Source: a virus
Strand: one strand, 5' to 3'
DNA length: 64,000 nt
IMG/VR virus record: IMGVR_UViG_3300020045_002743
Span: 1-64,000 of that record
Positions within the stretch are counted from its first letter, which is position 1, and the number at the start of each line of letters is the position of its first letter. This document shows positions 12,126-23,074 of this stretch, piece by piece. The position numbers were made by a program, and so were the translations under genes. The notes beneath the pieces were generated by a model that saw nothing but the letters and a program-made list of their open reading frames with translations, was not told where the DNA came from and searched no databases.

Positions 12126-12540
12126 TTTATCTTAAGCAGGCTTAATAATGCCCATCATTTGATGGGCATAGGTGTATCAACAAGATTAATAGTGAGGTCA
12201 GTAAATCATCTTCTCATTAATAATAGAATTTTCTATGGAAGCCTTATAAAATCTGGTCAAAATGACTACAGGAAGTAAACTGATTAGTGTATTTTTAGTT
12301 GGTGTGAAGTGATTTAAGAATACTTGTTATGTTAAGCTCATACACTTTTCCCTACAATCTTTCCTCACAAACTACCACGACACATTCATTTAGCACACTA
12401 AACATTAGCTTCTTTACAGCCTAGCTACAAATAATCCTGTACAATTCTCTTAAACAATGTTATATGAACACGATAGGTTTTCTCCACTGTTAGTCAAGAG
12501 TGTGATAGAAATCTTTGCCAGAGAATGGTGGAAATAACTC

Positions 12541-12568
12541 TTGCGCAGAGTGTTGGATAAAGTATAAT
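12541..12568 (+). promoter_or_regulatory. sigma70-type promoter
   Basis: TTGCGC-16 bp-TATAAT. Confidence 0.65.
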
Positions 12569-12608
12569 GAACATATAGGAAGCAAACACAACCAACAGGA
12601 ATACAGAC

Positions 12609-12809
12609 ATGATCACTACAATAGCCCTATACGTTGCTCTCTGTTCATCTCCTACTACTTGTGATGAGTATGTCCCAGCTACATGGACAGCATCTAGTCA
12701 AGAAGAACTTAGTCAAGTGTATGAACAATGTGCTAAGGAAGAACAGACATACATGAGCTTCAAAGGGTACAAGGAAAGTGATTGTTATGTGATTAATACT
12801 AGTCACTGA
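12609..12809 (+). CDS. Small Cys-containing, possibly exported protein
   Basis: Hydrophobic N-terminus, four Cys, own promoter and terminator. Confidence 0.7.
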   Translation: MITTIALYVALCSSPTTCDEYVPATWTASSQEELSQVYEQCAKEEQTYMSFKGYKESDCYVINTSH

Positions 12810-12853
12810 GCAACGTTAGCTGTCTAGTGGTACACAGTGTTAGCTTGATTAAT

Positions 12854-12878
12854 AGGCCCTCTTAGTGAGGGCTTTTCT
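12854..12878 (+). terminator. Intrinsic terminator
   Basis: AGGCCCTC-TTAGT-GAGGGCTT then TTCT. Confidence 0.75.
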
Positions 12879-13383
12879 ATGCCTGTTGTTTAAGTATCTT
12901 GTACACTAAGTATTACTGCCATAAGTATTAGTATCTTAATAGACTCTTCACTAACATCCTTTGTGCAAGACACTGGTGTCTGTAGGTATGTCCTGATCAC
13001 TCTCTATCAGGATAGCTTAGGTGATAGATTGTGTTAATGATTAGGAGAGACTATTGGACAGGGAGCGTTGATGAATTCTTCCTAATATTTTGATATTATG
13101 GTTGACATATTGGAGTGGGTGGCTTAGGCTGTTAAGCCCTTCAGATATCGAGACAGTAATTTGAGAAGTAGCTCTCACCTACACCCCTTACAAATAAAGA
13201 CTTTCACATATTTCCAGAAATAAAAATAGACACTCACTAACACAGGCTAAGTGTCTTTCTGAGGGGTTTAGTATATTTTAATTATAGAGAATATCTTTTC
13301 AAAGTGCACCTGCACGTATTAATATTAGTGTGGTTGGGTGCGGTTCGTGTAAGTGCACTTATTACATACCTTTGTAAAGTGCG

Positions 13384-13950
13384 CTATTGGTATCTAGTCT
13401 CCATATTTTCAGCCAGCAGTTCATTGTAATACACCCTGGCATTCAAAGACTCTTTAGATATGGCTTGGTCAAAGGCTAGTTTGAGCATTTCATACCTTAC
13501 AGACCATCTGTTTGCATTAGGATACGAGAACATATAATCCTCAACCATGTTATCTACCTCATCCATCAAGTGTAGAGCAAAGGCATTGATAGCTTTGTGG
13601 CTTTCATTTGGTTTCATATAGTCAATCCATCCGTTGTGAATGATGCAATTCTTACTTGTGCTTTTGGCTTTCTCTCTAATGTACCTGAGCTTGTAGTCAT
13701 TAGCATCAGGATAGTATTTCCTAATAACACCATTAGCCTCATACAGTAATAGTCCTTGTGGGCGTTCGCCTAATGTTACTATCTCACTTACACAGTCTGG
13801 ATTGATTCTTTCTTTACCACCTCCTTTAGAGCCCTTAAGATTCCTCTTACACCAGTCAACAGAAACAGCACCATCTAAGGTGCTTACGATCTGTTTGTAT
13901 GTCAGCCCTTGTTTTCTAAGGCTTTCCGCTTGTTCTCTTATTTCATTCAT
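13384..13950 (-). CDS. Protein with N-terminal helix-turn-helix
   Basis: AESLRKQGLTYKQIVSTL...VSVDWCK. Confidence 0.6.
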   Translation of the reverse strand: MNEIREQAESLRKQGLTYKQIVSTLDGAVSVDWCKRNLKGSKGGGKERINPDCVSEIVTLGERPQGLLLYEANGVIRKYYPDANDYKLRYIREKAKSTSKNCIIHNGWIDYMKPNESHKAINAFALHLMDEVDNMVEDYMFSYPNANRWSVRYEMLKLAFDQAISKESLNARVYYNELLAENMETRYQ

Positions 13951-16900
13951 CTAACGGTATACACCACACCTCGTATTTTAAGTTCCAATTAGTTTCTGCT
14001 TCATTCAATCTTAGTGCCTCAGCTTCTGCTGCCCATTCATCGTCTTCATAAAAAGTAATGAAGTCATTTACATTAGCTTGCTTATGATTCTTAAAACCCC
14101 ACTCCACTTGTGTATCATGATATTCAATCTGATCTGGACATGAGTTCACTGCAACGTGGTAAGGCCATAGAATCCCATCTTGTGTATATACCCTTTCCTT
14201 CCACTTAAAGAATAGGAATGATTTTTCTTCATAAACACAAGGGTAAGCCCATCCGTAGCTCTCATGAATACCTGTTGTGTATTGTTTACCTTTATACTCA
14301 AAAGGCTTCATTGTGTGCCCCAATCTTTTTGATACGCCCAGTCTTGGAATGCCTCAGTAATACTATCACCAAAACCAACAGCGTTAAAAATATACCACTC
14401 CCTGTCGGGAGAATCTTTGCCAGGTTTCTGGTTATCTGGCACAACACAAATATAGCAGTGTTGTTTGTATGGGTAATGTGTTTTTGGAATTTTACTAATT
14501 CTTGGTTTCATTGAATAAACACCCCACTAGAACACTTCTCACAACCCTTATACCAAATCATGTAATTACCTCCTTTCCAATAAGATTTAGGAATTCCTTT
14601 GTGTTGGCATTTGAAACATGTAAGTTCTTTCATTCAGCCTTCCACCTAATCAACAATTCCTTCTTCCCGTTATACTTATCTCTGTCCGCATGTATCTCAT
14701 TAACTGTCACCACCTCTATATCAACATTGTCTAACAATATACTGACAAAGCAATATCCACCCTTCTCAATGTGATGAGTACGTGTACGGATACCTAAGCT
14801 GTTGAGTGCAGCTAGGAGTGATACCCCATCTTTGTTAGCCACAAACTCACCGTCACCAAAGTCCACTACAACGTGTTTATCTGTAAGTTCATGGTGATGG
14901 TTACAATGTGTGTATTCTGTGCTTCCCTTTGGTTCTGTCATTCCCACCTACCTCTACGGTAATACACTTTAGGCTTCTTCTTAATATCCTCAGCATCAAT
15001 CTTGTCGCCAACCCACTTGATAAGGGCTTCCTCAATCTGTAATCTGATTCTCTCTTCAATTGTAGCAAGCTTAATTTCGATTTCCATTAATCCTCCACCC
15101 AATGCTCGCAAGTCTCAGTGTCGTATTTGGTTTTCATTGCATTATCGACTGCCTCTTCAAAGCTTTGACCAGAAGAGTTCAACCAACCAATGTTTTCATC
15201 ATACCACACAACTCTGTGTTCTTTGTAAGTTGAGTTTCTATCAAAGTCAACCATTACAGAAGCCCAACGTTCTCTTTCTGTTAACCATTCCATGCGAATA
15301 AGATTATTACTTTCCATAACTCCTCCTCAAGAATAAGCCAAACATTTGTCACAAGGACATTTAGTATTCAACACTTTTTCCAGTTCTGTATTTTTAATAC
15401 ACATTATCTTTTTAAGATTAACTTCTGTAAAAGGATAGTATGGCATCTTCTCACCACCTTGTACAACTTTATATCGTGCAATACTCTCTTCCATTTCTTT
15501 GCGAAGTTGTTTAAGTTGATCCTCTACGTTTTGCATACGATCTTCTAGTGTAATATTCATTAGTTCCATTCCTTAAGAAGTTTATAAATTCTTTCATATA
15601 GATATGTCTCACTCACACTTTGTCCATATGCCAGTTCACCAAGAAGTTCTATAGCCTCTCCTCCAGCATTTAGAGCTTCTAGAGTTGGCATACCTTGAAG
15701 GCTTAAGTCCATCTGACTTTGGAAATAATCTACAGAACATTCGTACTTTGTCATACTCATTGCTCTAGCATCCCCTGTATTTTCTTTTTAATGTAATCAT
15801 ATGCAGATTGTTTAGCTTCATCAAGGGTGTAGAGAGAATCCACGTAGTCTTGGTTGAAATACAGACAATAGGTGTCGTATTCTTTCCAAGACTTCCACTC
15901 AATTTGAAAATCACCTAATGATGTATTACATTTAACATGATCATAGAAACTATTCTTACCTCCATCTGGTTTAGCTGGTTCTGTCCATTCAAACTTTTTA
16001 AGTTTAATCATTTCTCACTAAGCTCCTTTAAAGCATGTTGATATCTACCAAATATAATATCAAAAGTACCTTCAACACTCAAGTTATTTGGTTTAGGTTC
16101 TCCACGAAGACACATCTTCCCACTGTTGTGCTTAGACTCCTCACAACATTTATGTTTAGGTCTTTTACCACATGTGCATAGATGGTCAGTCATCAGTAAA
16201 AGTCCCTTGGATGTTTATATAACTGATAGCCCCTGGCAACCTTACATTAAACTTCAGTATTTGATTGCCATTACTGTCCCTAATAAAATCAGCACTAAGT
16301 ATTTCAGCATCTGGGTACATTTGTTTTGCTAGTTCTAAAGCGGAAGTCTTATTCATTTATTTCTCCAACTTTATAAAATTATCAGGCTTCATACAAGATT
16401 TATAAATTCCTCGCTCTGTCGCTGGTACACCACCAGCTGCTTCACATCTATAAAACTGTTTTGAGCTTTCTCTGACACCCATACCCGCTAGTATCAAAAA
16501 TATAATAACAAATGCTATCAATACCTTAAACATAAATCTCTCCTATTTAAATTTCTTGGTTTTACCAACTCCACGATTATAGCTAGTCTTCTTCCACTTG
16601 TACAGCAATCTTTCCTCTTCTCTCTGATAATCATCAGCATATTTTAAATATTGACTTGCTAGAAGGGGTGTATCTGCATTATTTGGGTTAAGGGAAGCTG
16701 CTAGCTTTCTGTAGTAGGCTGGAACACTTGGTTGTTTTAAGTCACGCTTTGACATTAAGGTCGTTCAACTCCAGCACTAATTCAAGAACCACTAAAGCTA
16801 ATTCTTTGTTTTTATATTGACTGCGTTCACTGGTACTAACAATCCCCAATCCCGATGGTTTGTGCATAATCAAAACACCTGAGCTTGTGAGACCTACGTG

Positions 16901-18455
16901 TTGACCACCTTTAGATTTGATATCTGGGTAGATTGACACTTCAATATCTTCTGGTTTAATCATTATAGAGTGTCCACAAATAGTTCAGTAACCCAAGAGT
17001 CGTACATGAATTTGAACGGATCACTATCTTTATCCATGATCCGGCTGAGTTCATACAGGTATTCTCGTGCATCTTCCTCTGTTGTCCAAATATTCTTAGA
17101 ATAGACAACGTGGAATCCGTGTGAATCTCTTTGGTATACAGCTTGGTAATATTTCATTTCCTCTCCTAATTGTTTAGTATACAATGTAAAACTTAATATT
17201 TAGCCAGAAATGCATTGTATTTAATACTTCCTCTCTTCGATTTCTACAAAGTTAAAATCTTTAGTAGCCTCTAAAACATCCTGAAGATTAGTGCACCTAC
17301 CAAAGTTATGATAACCACCATAGAGCCCTAGATGCCATCTCTTACCATCTTCTCTTACGTGACTTACTGTCCAACAAGGGAAGTCTAGGCGTTTACTGTG
17401 CTGTTCAATGGTTTCAACAATCTTATCCTTGCTCAGCCATACCCAATCCTTTGAACGGTCTCCAATGTACTGATACTCGGCCCAATTATCTGTATCGGCA
17501 CACGTTTCACAATAGGCTTTAGCTTCTAGATATTGATTGTAGTCCATTTTCTTGTAGATAATAGGTGCATACCAATATTCAGCTTTAGTTCCACACTTAC
17601 AAGTTGGTCTCATCTAACTCTCCCAATTGGTGTCCACACCCAAACTTCTCAACCTTTCAACAACCTCTTTTTGACTCTTATACGTTTCAAAATAAAGCTT
17701 ATAACAGTTATTCATTTCTTTATGTTTAACGTAATTAATCCCATAACCCTCAAACAAGTGGTAATCCACCCAACTCCAGTTCAGTGAGTCTAACACCTCC
17801 TTTCTAATTCTTACCTTAACCATATCAGCTCACCTTGTAAATCAAGTAGCCTTTATCTAAAGCGTCAGCAAGCTTCACAAGCTGCATATTTCGCTGTGGA
17901 AGGTATGTGTAATACTCCCCATCTTTCTTAACAAGGCTAAATACAGCATTCTCAACATCTGCAAAGCGAATAGATGAGATTGATTTCAATACAACTCCAT
18001 CTTGTGCTGTGTAGAATGATGTCACTCCGTTAATTGTACGTACTTTGATGTGATTGCTCATTTGTAATAAATCCCCTTCTCTCGTCGTTCAGCATCCGTA
18101 TCAAATACACCAGTCCAGTAGGCCTTTGTGTAAAACATCCAGCTTGTTTGAGTGTTAAAGTCTTGGAAGTATTTATCCAGTGTAGGGTGTAACTCAATAT
18201 CCATTCCCCAAGACTTTGCAAGGGATAGGAATGTCTGGAATTGCTCTTCGTGTGATTTGATCATTATGGCTTGTCCTTGACATTCTCAGCACCATGCTTG
18301 TATGCAGCATAAATAATCAGTGGGACAGTGACAACCCAAAAGATAGCAGCTACACAGCTTGCTTTCAAGTTGAATTTATGTCCAACAGATACACAGCAAA
18401 GAGCATCTATGTAGAGTGTTAGGATAAATCCTACAACATAGATTATAAATAACAT
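13943..18455 (-). other. Cluster of about 18 small minus-strand hypothetical genes
   Basis: Contiguous ORFs with minus-strand GGAG RBSs. Confidence 0.7.
16742..16963 (-). CDS. Stand-alone peptide-chain release factor catalytic (GGQ) domain
   Basis: KGGQHVG.TSSGV.I.HKPSG......ERSQYKNKELAL matches RF1/RF2/ArfB domain 3. Confidence 0.85.
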   Translation of the reverse strand: MIKPEDIEVSIYPDIKSKGGQHVGLTSSGVLIMHKPSGLGIVSTSERSQYKNKELALVVLELVLELNDLNVKA

Positions 18456-18498
18456 ATTTCTCTCCTAAAACAATCGGTAAAATTCATATAACAAACAT

Positions 18499-18527
18499 AG
18501 TTTACATGATTACCCTGTACGTGTCAA
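18499..18527 (-). promoter_or_regulatory. sigma70-type promoter
   Basis: Minus strand TTGACA-17 bp-TAAACT. Confidence 0.7.
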
Positions 18528-18622
18528 GCTTGTTTTGATTAACTCGTCTGGAATAGGGTAAAACTACGCCAACTTGATCCCTTTGCGTCTAAGTCTTTCA
18601 GATATCTCGAACCAGTTAAAAT

Positions 18623-19339
18623 TTAAATTAGAGTAAAAAGCTTTTCTATGCCCTTCTTACTACTCACATCCTTATTAAGACTGGAATTTACCTCTTTTGA
18701 CCATATACAAACAAAATCATCTGGCATATTGTACTCAGATACAAATACTTTATGACCCTCATTGTGACGATCACGACACCATTGATAAAACCGTTCATGA
18801 TCAAAGTCATCTTTGTATTTCGTTGTACCTGCATACGGAGGGTCACAGTAGATAGTCGCTTGGTTTGTAATATTTAGGTCAAATACTGATTTATGTTTGA
18901 AAACAACACCTTCAACTTCTTTTCGTGCTTTTTCTACGGCCCTGTAGCTTTCACCGAGCCTGTCGCGGCCTTTACAAACAATATCTTCAGAGTTTCCGAT
19001 AAATCCACCAAACCATTTAGCTGCATAAGTAAAACAAAATCCCACACAGGCTACTGTAGCTTTATCATATGAGCCTTTGTTGTTATTTATATGATTGTAC
19101 ATTTCAAGATTAATATTTTCTGGTGGTTGGTAGCCTATTTGTAGTGCCTTGAAGAACTCAATTAGGTACTCATTTGAATCAAGTCCAAGTCGCTTAGGTG
19201 CAACGACGGGATCAACTTTAGATATCATATTAGCCCCACCAACAAAAGGTTCTACATACCACATATCTGATTTATGCTCTTTCAAGATAATTGGCAGTAA
19301 CTCTTTTGCGTGACGTGCTTTCGATCCCATATATTTCAT
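18623..19339 (-). CDS. DNA adenine methyltransferase (Dam/D12 class)
   Basis: MKYMGSK, YVEPFVGG SAM motif, IYCDPPY catalytic motif. Confidence 0.9.
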   Translation of the reverse strand: MKYMGSKARHAKELLPIILKEHKSDMWYVEPFVGGANMISKVDPVVAPKRLGLDSNEYLIEFFKALQIGYQPPENINLEMYNHINNNKGSYDKATVACVGFCFTYAAKWFGGFIGNSEDIVCKGRDRLGESYRAVEKARKEVEGVVFKHKSVFDLNITNQATIYCDPPYAGTTKYKDDFDHERFYQWCRDRHNEGHKVFVSEYNMPDDFVCIWSKEVNSSLNKDVSSKKGIEKLFTLI

Positions 19340-19692
19340 TAGTTGTTATCTCCTTTATTTTCTGAGAATTCAAGCACTAGACCGACCATAGCTACAGCAG
19401 TCCACGTAGAATTAGCATTTACAAGCTGGTTTAGATTACTAAAGCCCGTTGACTCAATAAACTTATCCATATCAACTCCAGTCTTCTTGCAAGCTCGACG
19501 GATGTACTTTGTAGCTGATGCTGGAATATACCAATGTGGCATAGTTAGCTTATATTTTGATGCAATCTCTCGCCAGTATGATTCATCTGCATAATCTGTT
19601 TTGAGGCTAGCTTTAGCGTATTCTTGAGCCACCACACGTTTCTGTTTAGATTGCTCTCGTTGTTCTTCAGTCATCGGAACTAGATGTGTCAT
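19339..19692 (-). CDS. Hypothetical protein
   Basis: Start MTHLVP after AAGGAG RBS. Confidence 0.7.
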   Translation of the reverse strand: MTHLVPMTEEQREQSKQKRVVAQEYAKASLKTDYADESYWREIASKYKLTMPHWYIPASATKYIRRACKKTGVDMDKFIESTGFSNLNQLVNANSTWTAVAMVGLVLEFSENKGDNN

Positions 19693-19835
19693 TTTACAAC
19701 TCCTTTGTATAAATCGTATGTGCACTGACTACCCATCACCCTAACAGTCAATGCGTCTAGGAGATCAGGCTTACCAGCGCACAATACAATCCACAATGTA
19801 ATAAACCCAAGCCAACACAAATCATTTTTATTCAT
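19689..19835 (-). CDS. 48-aa membrane protein (not in ORF track)
   Basis: MNKNDLCWLGFITLWIVLCAGKPDLLDAL...; GGAGG RBS. Confidence 0.65.
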   Translation of the reverse strand: MNKNDLCWLGFITLWIVLCAGKPDLLDALTVRVMGSQCTYDLYKGVVK

Positions 19836-19844
19836 ATATCCTCC

Positions 19845-20129
19845 CTAAATCGTGATACCGCTGTTCATAGAACATTTCTTAACCAAATAACTATGAATAT
19901 CTGTAATCGTTTCCTCTGTAAACTTATACCCTTCCTTAGATTTCTCAATCACAAGCTCTCGTGTAACATGCCAAGCTTTAGATTGACATTCTTTGAATAC
20001 AGCATCATGCCATCTGTTATACATTGGTGATGTGATGATAACGTTCTGCTTTGGTGGGGCAATTGTACAGCCTGTTATCACAACAGTCAAGGATATTGTC
20101 AGGATAAGCTTTACAGAAGAATTATTCAT
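19845..20129 (-). CDS. Lipoprotein
   Basis: Signal peptide with ITGC lipobox. Confidence 0.6.
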   Translation of the reverse strand: MNNSSVKLILTISLTVVITGCTIAPPKQNVIITSPMYNRWHDAVFKECQSKAWHVTRELVIEKSKEGYKFTEETITDIHSYLVKKCSMNSGITI

Positions 20130-20163
20130 TTTGGTTTGTCCTTGAGGGGCTTCCTCAGCGAGA

Positions 20164-21398
20164 CTATGTTTTAGGTTCCTGTTGCTTTAGTGATTCGATG
20201 TAATCTAACACATCTTGAGTCTGTTGTACAGCCCATGAAATAGTATCATTTGGTGGAATGTCACAAGCTTTGGCTATACGCTTGCAACGACGATCACATT
20301 TGTCAAGATCACGTTTCAGAAATTCAAGTTCTTTTGCTAATTTATCTTTAGTCACTCAAGATCCTCCTCAGTGAAATTTGGAAAATTATATCCAACATGT
20401 CTCAGATGAAACAGTCTACCTAAAAGATCTTCTGTTGTTGCGTCAACAAAACTCTGTCCATCATATTTCAGACCAATTGGTTTACGTTCACAAGAGTCAA
20501 GAAACTTTATTTGATTAATATACTGCTCATTCCAAGTATTAATTACTTCTTTTGTAAAAGCATTATTTACGGGAATTGGGCTGTCCAGACGCGGGACATC
20601 TCCTAAAATACGATTACCAGCAACATGTGTATGCCATTGTCCATCACAACCTTCATAAATATACAGGTCACAAGACCAATTCATACTAGACCATCTACAC
20701 AGAGCCATAAAACCTCCTAATTAATTTATAAATACATAATAAAACAAAAGGCCCTCAAGCGCAATGCCTAAGAGCCTTATAAATTTCTATTGACTGAATA
20801 GTTGCGATGCATTTTCTTCATAGTATTCTCTTAGCATCAACCCAATCTCTCTGCTCGTCCAACCACGTCCAACAATCACTTCATGGTATTTACCTTTCTC
20901 AGAATGAAAGCCATGATTATATTCGCAGGCATACATCCACGAGGAATCACTGAAAAGATATACTATTGATCTGTCCATAAATACACCTCACAGATATTTA
21001 GAGTAAAGCATGTATTCATAAGCCTTGTCTACAAAGTTTACAAGATTGCTTGTAGTGCGAATGTGTCCAGTTTTCTTATTCAGTTGGATGTTCACAATAT
21101 TTACAACCTTGGCAGCTTTAGCTTTACGGATTTTGTAGTGGCTGAAGTCAAATGGGTAATTAAAGCCTCGTCCATGTGAGTCTGAATAGAAACCATTATG
21201 TAACTTTACTGCTGTGTGTACAGAAATACTCTTACGAGCTTTGTTCTCGTAATCATAACTTACAAAGCGTGGTGAATCGAATAGACGACCTTCGTATTCG
21301 TAATTAAGTCCACGCATGAACTCTGTTAAAGATTTGAATTGAAGCTTATATGTGTCAATGATTTCTTCTGGTAGAAGGATATTCTCTGTAGCTGTCAT
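20164..21398 (-). other. Four hypothetical genes
   Basis: ORFs 20164, 20352, 20787, 20988. Confidence 0.7.
20741..20778 (-). terminator. Probable intrinsic terminator
   Basis: AAGGCTCT...AGGGCCTT stem on the minus strand followed by a U-rich tract. Confidence 0.5.
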
Positions 21399-21814
21399 TT
21401 AGGTTCTCCTTTAAATTGTTCAACTTGTATATTACATTCTTTCAGATATTCAAGTGGTGACGAATCTCTGTATACTTCTCCATATACTACCTTACTAATC
21501 CCAGCCTGTACAATCAAATTTGAACAAGCTTGGCATGGACTTAAAGTCGTAAAGATTGTGCTTCCCTTGAGACTAATACCTGCCTTCGTGGCCTTCATAA
21601 TGGCGTTGGATTCCGAGTGTAGAACTGTGTTAAGAGTATTCCCATACTCATCTTCACATTTGTTATCAAAGCCCTTACTAGTACCATTCCACCCAATAAG
21701 GACTACTTCATCCGGAGTAATCAAGCAACTTCCAACTTTCTTACGTTCTGCATAGGAATTGAGAGCTACACGACAGGCAAAGTCGAAATATGTATTATAT
21801 TCCTTCTCTTTCAC
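21395..21814 (-). CDS. dCMP deaminase
   Basis: KVGSC, GWNG, HSESNAI, TLSPCQAC, QAGI.KVVY motifs. Confidence 0.92.
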   Translation of the reverse strand: MKEKEYNTYFDFACRVALNSYAERKKVGSCLITPDEVVLIGWNGTSKGFDNKCEDEYGNTLNTVLHSESNAIMKATKAGISLKGSTIFTTLSPCQACSNLIVQAGISKVVYGEVYRDSSPLEYLKECNIQVEQFKGEPK

Positions 21815-22661
21815 GGGCTAACACCAAGAATGAGCCGTTCAGTGTGTCCAAGAACATGTTCTCCAGGCTTCCAGAAGTCTTGTTGATAGACACTAAAACC
21901 TCCACAAGTCCAAACCTCGAGGGTAAATGCGTATTGATTGTTTGTGTATTCCTCAAGTTCTTTACAAATCTCTAAACCTTCTTCAACAGTAATTCCAGTA
22001 GCCTCAGACTGAAGGTGTCCATTACACATCTTAGTTTGATTTAAAAGAAACTTTGCAAAATTAAATGGCATATTATTCTCCTTAATTTGGGGCCTTCTGC
22101 CCTTTTCGACAAGAAGTTCCCGTAGCCGACAGGCCACCAGATTCAAGCTTTGACTTGCTCACAATATTCTTTGATGTCTTCACAACATAGCGATTTGGTC
22201 CAAAGATTTCGTCGCATTTATCTTGAGCCAACTTCCTATCACTTGTCTTGTAGAAGTAATAATCTTGCATTGCACTCATTGAAAAGAAACTTCCAGGTTC
22301 CACGAAGTCATATGAAGTGTAGTCGGTAAATGAGACAATAACCACTTCGATATCTCTGGGCTTCTTTTCACTCATAAGGGCATTCTACCTTATTGCTTGC
22401 TGAAAATATCACTTGACCACTTCCTCCAAAAGAGTCTGCTAGTGTAAATAATACGTAACCACTAACCTCAATTTCCATTCCAAGTGAAAGCTCTGAAAAA
22501 GTTTCCCCTTCTCCATCATACAGCATATCAATATCTTCTTCAGTAGTCCAGCTCACAGAATCTGACTGTGTATCATGAAACCATTTACATTCTGTAAAGT
22601 CTTCTGGCATAACCAAGTGTTCTTTAAGAACTTCTAAAGCATTTAGATAACTCATTGCCAA
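21811..22661 (-). other. Three hypothetical genes
   Basis: ORFs 21811, 22082, 22368. Confidence 0.7.
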
Positions 22662-22818
22662 TCTCCTTGAGCATATTCCAAGTCTACTTCTTGATTCCAG
22701 AAAGGATCTACATCAAAATTGTGTTCTGTTACACACAAAAAATCTTCGTAGTCGTCACCAAGCTCATAAACCAAACCATTCAAATTCATTATACTCTCCT
22801 TTGTGTTAATCTGTCGCT

Positions 22819-22847
22819 ATTGTAAGCCGACAGATTGTTTGAGTCAA
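22819..22847 (-). promoter_or_regulatory. sigma70-type promoter with -10 in the loop of an inverted repeat
   Basis: TTGACT-17 bp-TACAAT; AATCTGTCG/CGACAGATT 22808-22836. Confidence 0.7.
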
Positions 22848-22849
22848 GC

Positions 22850-23074
22850 TTATTTTAGAATTATTTCAATCTTGGGTGTTTTCCTCATCTGCCTGTCTTG
22901 TACTGACATTTCAGATAGAGATTGTACCTTGAGTTGATAGCCCGTTTCAGGAATCAATTCTACAACCCTATCAACCAACCAGTTCATACCCTCTTCTGTG
23001 TATGGTATTTTATTATCTTTTATAAGCTTAAAGATAATATCATTTATGTACTCTTCTGTAATCATTTTAGTCAC
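22850..23074 (-). CDS. 74-aa protein resembling the tail sheath C-terminal segment
   Basis: IIFKLIKDNKIPYTEEG vs sheath IYFRLINSLKIPMTNPG; GY...DRQMR vs GW...MRAAR. Confidence 0.65.
   Translation of the reverse strand: MTKMITEEYINDIIFKLIKDNKIPYTEEGMNWLVDRVVELIPETGYQLKVQSLSEMSVQDRQMRKTPKIEIILK

Noticed and set aside
19720-19791. Minus-strand hairpins with a CTCCT loop
   Set aside because: Explained by the 48-aa coding sequence (PDLLDAL).
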